64,000 bases of DNA from Euglena gracilis (lineage: Eukaryota), in assembly GCA_039621445.1 (NCBI GenBank), contig CP154954.1:7690634-7754633 (forward strand), in the 5' to 3' direction. Below are positions 59,234-64,000 of the stretch, piece after piece. A program made the translations under genes and the position numbers. Each line of letters starts with the position of its first letter. The first letter of the stretch is position 1. The notes beneath the pieces are model-generated. The model was given only the letters and a program-made list of their open reading frames with translations. It was not told the DNA's origin and ran no database searches.

Positions 59234-59462
59234 GGTGTGGGTGTGGTGGGTGGGTGGGTGGGTTGTTGGGTGGTGGGTGGGGGGGGGGTGTGGGTGGTTG
59301 GTGTGTGGGTGGGTGGGTGGGTGGTGGGTGGGTGGGTGGGTGGGTGGGTGGGTGGTGGGTGGGTGGGTGGGTGGGTGGTTGTGTGTGTGGTGTTTGTGTG
59401 GTGTGTGTGGTTTGTGTGTTGTTTGTGTGGTGTGTGTGGTTGTGTGTGTGGTGTGTGTTTGG

Positions 59463-59513
<51 letters not shown>

Positions 59514-62500
59514 CCCCCCCCCGCCACCACCCACCCCCCCCAACTCGAAGTCCTCTCCCCGTAAACAGCAGTATGGGCTGAAGAGGCGTTGCAGCCCACC
59601 GAGCTTACTGCACTCAGGGGGAGGGGTTGAGAAATGTTCGACGCGGTAGCGGATGGTGTGCTGCGCCAAGCGGCTGTGGCCCAAGCTGTGCAAGTGGGGT
59701 GGTGCCCCCTGCGGCAGAAATGGGAGGCGGGTCTTGTTGAGCTTGAGCTTGACCCTATTTCTAAGATGTGGACAGTTCTCAACAAACACGCATCAGAAAC
59801 CTGTGCCATTTTTGCAGTGGTGATAAATGCATTTCTGCGCCATCGAATTGCCAGTTCATCCCCGCTGATCATCTGGCCATCCAGATCAGTGCGATCAACA
59901 TAAGGTCGAGCTGTTGCATCTTTTTCAGATTGCTATTTTTTTGTGCGCAACAAAATGGACATAGATGCACAGGGGTGTAGAAAAAAATTCACAGAGTTTG
60001 TGAGGACCGCAACTTTGAGGTTCCCTTCAGGAAGCACCCAACTCTTTTTAAGGAGATGGGGATAGAGATCCCCCCAGAGTTCCGCTGGAGGCCGGGTTGC
60101 AATACCAAAACCCACCCTTCCAGCCCCAAGGAGGGAGGCTCCAGGCTTAAGTTTAGGGTCAGGGTAAGGATAAGAGTTGGGATAAGAGGGTGAGGTTTTA
60201 GGCCAAGTTAGGCAAAAAAAATAGGCCTAAATGAGGCCTGAATTAGGCCCGAATTCGGTCTAATTTTCTAACTTTGGCTCACCCTAACCCTAAATCGCAA
60301 CCCTGACACTATGCCAAAAAGTATATAAAAACATAAAATGCCAAAAAGATCAAGGCCCCAACGGCTTGCGTTCAAGAAAGTGGGCCCCCTGTCAAACTAC
60401 TGGGCTCCCCCCGGGGGGGGGGGGACAGTGGTTGATGCTGCCATATGAATGTGCATTGGACATTTTCCATAATTCATCATGCATTATAATAATATATTAA
60501 TATATATATATTACATTATACATAATATATATAATATAATATAATATGTATATTGCATAATATATATATATTATCATGTATATAATATATTATAATTATA
60601 CATAGTTTATGGTATATGGTACATACATACTATGTATTATTACGTATTATATATTATTCATAATTTGATGATAATCAATCTCCTGCTGGTGTTTTTTTTT
60701 GTAAACGGCAATAACAGGCTTGGGGGGGCATTCCGTCCTGTGCTGAAGGCAGGGCAGGAAGCTGCCCCCCTGCCCCCCCTCCCCCCCATCAGGAACCCCC
60801 CCGGTCCACCCCATTTTTTTTCCCCCCCCATTTTTTTTTCCTTCCCCTTCGTTTTTTTTTTCCACTTCCCCCGTTTTTTTTTGCCAACGTGCTTCAAAGC
60901 ATTGCCACTTGGACCCCTCCCCCCACCACCACCGTCCACCCACCCCCACCGACCAGCGCCCCCCACCCACGCCCGGTCCCCGCCCCCCCGCCCCGCACCA
61001 ACCCTGTCCCCTCCTGCCCCCCACGCCCCCCTACCCCCCCCGCCCTGTCCCCTCTCCCCAGCCCTCCTGCCTGCCCACTCCCCCCTGCCCTCCTCTCACA
61101 TGCCTTGGGTGTGCCACTGTGACCCACAGTTTGCCTTTCCCCCATGTGCCCCCATCCATTCTGCATTTCCACCAATTACAACACAATTGTATCTGTTACC
61201 ATGACCCCATGCACACTTGCCACCAAGGTTTTCGGGGAATTTTTTGCAGTTTTTGTGTTTCTGTTCCTTCCCTTTTTCTGTCCTTAATTTTTTCGGATTT
61301 TTGATCAATCACCTGCTGGTGTTTTTGAGTTCAATTGTAAAAATGATACGGTAATAACAGGCTGAATTGGGGGGGGGGGGCATTTAGCCAAAGTCTAGTG
61401 CTGAAGGCAGGGTTCAATACAAGGAAGCTGTCCCCCTGGTTGGACCAGACCCCCCCTTGGCAGGAAAGGGGGGGTCTGGATCCCCCCCTGGTCAAAGGGG
61501 GACAGAGGACCCCCAAAAAGGTCAATTTTTTCCTTTCGGCTCTTTGCACCAAAAAACTGGCACGTTTAATTTTTGTCCAAAAAAAAGTTACCCCAGAAAT
61601 GACGTTTGGGTGGATTTGGGCGGGATTTGGGCAGCGGATCGCGCTGGGTCGAAACCGGTCATTATGACCGGAAACTTTGGAGAGCACTGCCGATGCAGCA
61701 AACCTGCTCCACAAAGCACGGCCAGTCCACCTTGGCACAGCCACAGGCGTAGACCAGCGCCCCCAGCCACATGGCCGCCCGGTCCCCGTTGGCGAGGGCG
61801 ACCGGGCGGAGCAGCAGAAGGCGGGGGAGAGAGAAATATCGGCGGCACACAACTGCTGAGCGATTCCCGCGTCACCTGCTCCCTCAATGACCCTCACCCC
61901 ACCTACAGGTCACGTCGGACGGACTTTCATTTACGCCAAAGGTCTGCCGTGGACGAGCATAAGAAACCTGTGCTCAAACTGGAAACAAAAGCGCAGCCAG
62001 TGCCTGATGGGTGAGGGGCTCCCTAGCCCAAAAATAAGCCGCCACTCCGAAAACCAGTCAATGACCTCGAGGTGCTGCTGTTGCAGCTGCGCAATCGAGA
62101 TATGTGATGTGCCACAGGGTGTGACTCGCAGTGGGGTTGCCTTCGTGCTGTGCCCCGCAAGGGAGGGATCATGCTGGCGACATGTCCACCAATTACAAGT
62201 GCAGTTGTAATTAATTCACTTGTAAGTGTATAAGGCAGCCCGAAACTACTGGGCCCCCCGCCGGGGGGGGGGGGGGGCAGTAGTTAATCCGGGGGGTCAA
62301 AATAGTTTTTTTTTTGCGTTAATGATGGAATAGGGTTAGGTGCGCGACTTAGGGTTAGGGTTAGGCCTAACTAATAGACGGGTGTTCGGTGTACAAGTTA
62401 GGCCTAACCCTAAGCCTAAGTCGCGCACCTAACCCTATTCCATCATTAACCCCAAAAAAATAATACCTTGTTAATTGTTAATTGTTAATTGTTAATTGTT

Positions 62501-63304
62501 ATTGTTAATTGTGAATAAGTTATTTTTGATTATCAGGGTATTATTTGGGGGGTTCAAGCATTGCCTGAAAAATGTGCATGGGCTATTCACGATTACCAGG
62601 GATTTTTACAGGGAATTTTGGGGATTGCAGACCCAGGAACCTGTTGCACACCTCGATTGAAAGCTTTTATTGAGGGCTTCGACAGACAGCAACAGATTTC
62701 AGCCCAGCCACGCCGCACCGCGCTCTTATTCTGGACGATTGTCCGCGCTGAAATTTAAAATATCTGTTGGTCAGGTTTGGCACTTCAGTTGCCGTACTAC
62801 ACCTCAATCGAGAGCTCTTTACAACGCCTTTCAACAGATGGCAACAGAATTAAAGATATTTTTGCATCTGGGTTGGTCATGAGCAAATTCTACGAACTTG
62901 AGCTGAGAAAAAAATTCAAAAAATAATCATTTTCTCCAAATTATTTGTGAGAACCAAACACCTATAGTTGACCCCCAGATTTTCGTCATTTTCGGCCATT
63001 TTCGGCCATTTTCGGCCATTTTCGGCCATTTTCGGCCATTTTTACTATAGGTGCTTGGTGAGAACTTCAAAAATAATAAACCCTTTTTAGTGATGAGCAC
63101 ACAACAAACATTGGTGCGGCAAACTGATTGTGCAAAAAACAAAAATAACATTTTCAAATATTAGAAACAGTTGAATCCTTTCTTCACCCTTCCTTGCAGT
63201 AAAACGCACGCGCACAGTTGGAGCCAGGACACAGCAGGGATGGTCTTGATGAGTCCCAAATGCATGCAGCTCGTAGCGCTGCCCTCCCCATGACAGCTCA
63301 GGAC
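38042..63304 (-). CDS. RAB3GAP1: Rab3 GTPase-activating protein catalytic subunit; 5' end probably beyond window end
   Basis: Exons (some approximate): ~63250-63304, ~62040-62100, ~61704-61825, ~59525-59707, ~58725-58865, ~57995-58116 (WGTTADPIEQLRCELRWP), ~57522-57600, ~56403-56484, 55835-~55950, 53497-~53605, ~52965-53095, ~52180-52250, 51069-~51216 (LWRRFAEAVRLFWE..PPDWSSCLLHQ), ~50596-50637 (KLQMVNACI), 49979-~50052, 46995-47152 (EGRLG..LFIP), 45879-46005 (TQQPLPVTEDM..LGTS), ~45090-45262 (SDMQAFKAANP..DFVRWYSPKD), 44646-~44735 (LSARM..GNVW), 43550-43634 (FDAVREANVALHFL), 43048-43208, 41881-41994, 41787-41808, 41309-~41428, 38042-38184 (TGA 38042-38044). Confidence 0.92.
39126..39597. mobile_element. 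hAT-like MITE
   Basis: Perfect TIR CAGGGTTCGATATAAGGA. Perfect TSD GATTAAAG at 39118-39125 and 39598-39605. Confidence 0.92.
40113..40233 (-). pseudogene. hAT transposase relic, C-terminal dimerization-like segment
   Basis: Minus-strand translation LLFCSAAQAERTFSQFRHIQTDDRLNMTDEIL carries the AER.FS....i.td.R.n motif. It lies inside a RAB3GAP1 intron. Confidence 0.65.
40276..40545. repeat. 18-bp minisatellite (CATCTGCATCTTGTCCAG consensus)
   Basis: About 14 degenerate units. Reads GQDADA repeats on the minus strand. Confidence 0.85.
44263..44520. mobile_element. hAT-like MITE, same family as 20662-20930
   Basis: Ends CAGGGGCTTTTTTTAA / CAGGGTTTTTTTTAG. Perfect TSD ATGGAGAA at 44255-44262 and 44521-44528. 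Confidence 0.9.
45090..46005 (-). CDS. RAB3GAP1: RAB3GAP1 catalytic-core exons 45879-46005 and ~45090-45262, joined by a GC-AG intron
   Basis: Translation ..RLGTSREAHRLRTRLQTGSLQ|SDMQAFKAANPFDPCLVDFVRWYSPKDF matches the Rab3-GAP catalytic signature. Donor CAG|GCGTGT at 45878, acceptor CCACAG| at 45263. Confidence 0.93.
47186..49085. repeat. 1.9-kb compound hexamer microsatellite (TGCGTG, TGCGCG, TGAGAG, TGAGTG, then TG)
   Basis: Directly visible. Confidence 0.95.
53690..54760. repeat. Degenerate (TA)n/(CT)n low-complexity tract
   Basis: Directly visible; noisy. Confidence 0.85.
55605..55831. mobile_element. MITE with internal G-run/TCCT tandem array, forming predicted intron 55600-55834 of RAB3GAP1
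   Basis: TIRs CACTTATGGCCAGTTTCCCC / GAGTCATGGCCAGTTCCCC. Perfect TSD CATAGACA at 55597-55604 and 55832-55839. It abuts the exon ending ..KVLV. Confidence 0.8.
59163..59511. repeat. (TG)n/(TGGG)n microsatellite
   Basis: Directly visible. Confidence 0.9.
62318..62450. repeat. Near-perfect 55-bp inverted repeat containing TTAGGG units
   Basis: Arms 62318-62372 and 62396-62450 are reverse complements with one mismatch, around a 23-nt loop. Confidence 0.9.
62955..63057. mobile_element. Mini-MITE (103 bp) with internal ATTTTCGGCC tandem repeats
   Basis: TIR CAA(A/G)CACCTATAGT. Perfect TSD GTGAGAAC at 62947-62954 and 63058-63065. Related partial copies at ~38925-38995 and ~41140-41190. Confidence 0.85.
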
Positions 63305-64000
63305 TGGGAGCCTCTGGAGCAGAAACCTCAGCCTGTCAGCTCAGGATATGAACCCGGGTGACGACAAAAAAAAATGTTTGAAATGTAACTTGTTCGAAAA
63401 GGAGGAAAGGATGCAACCTGAACCCTTATTGTTGGGGTACAGGGAAGGGGGTTCCTTTGGGGGGGGGGGGTTGTGCTTTGTGTTCTTCTGTGAAACAACA
63501 AAAAAAAATCAATTTAAAATTTGAAAAAAAATATTTCATTTTATTTCATTTTTAAAAAGGGTGGGAACTGAAATAAAAAATGATAAAATCATTCTGCCTT
63601 CGGCATAATTTTTCAAGCACTTTTTGGGGCTCTTTGCGATGTTCTGTCATCCATTTTAAAAAGATTCTATGATTTGTGTCCACACAGGTACTGTGGCAAG
63701 GAGGAGATATACAGATTGTGCAAATAACATTTTTAAATTTGAGGGCGGGGGCACAAATTCTGAAATTTTCAGTTGTTTGTATGTTTCCCTCTGTTTCTGG
63801 AAATGCAGTTTCCCCAAATGAAAAGTGGTCGTTGCCAGCAGGTACAAATATTGCTTTCAAATCTCCTGCGAATTCTCTTTGAACATTGCAACACGTCGAA
63901 TTTGAAACATGGTGCTCCCATAAGTGGATTTGGATTGACCAGCATCGCACTACATTTTCAAGTGGGAACAGTGCGGGGGGGAACAGCTCGGGGGGGGGGG

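Noticed and set aside
59634-59903. Plus-strand 89-aa ORF and other GC-rich plus-strand ORFs
   Set aside because: They are antisense shadows of minus-strand exons, with no recognisable motif or consistent plus-strand splice pattern.

Overview
Eukaryotic nuclear DNA, almost certainly from a euglenid (Euglena-like). Short GC-rich exons are separated by a mix of conventional GT-AG/GC-AG introns and euglenid nonconventional introns (5' N3-CAG ... CTG-N5 | R 3', with base-paired ends). Three intron-rich genes lie head-to-tail on the minus strand: RAB3GAP1 (from beyond the window end to stop at 38042), a CXIP4/SREK1IP1-like zinc-knuckle protein (35950 to 25972) and GCN1 (ATG 23923, running off the window start). 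Introns are packed with microsatellites and several families of short terminal-inverted-repeat elements (MITEs) with 8-bp target-site duplications (TSDs), plus two hAT-transposase relics. Main observation: several nonconventional introns are exactly one such MITE plus one copy of its 8-bp TSD. The 3-nt + 5-nt offset of the nonconventional splice sites equals the 8-bp hAT TSD, and TSD identity decays from 8/8 to 2-3/8 across introns. This points to an active hAT-MITE intron-generating system. Gene identities come from remembered family motifs, not a database search. Exon boundaries were derived by hand from splice geometry and frame continuity, and some are approximate.
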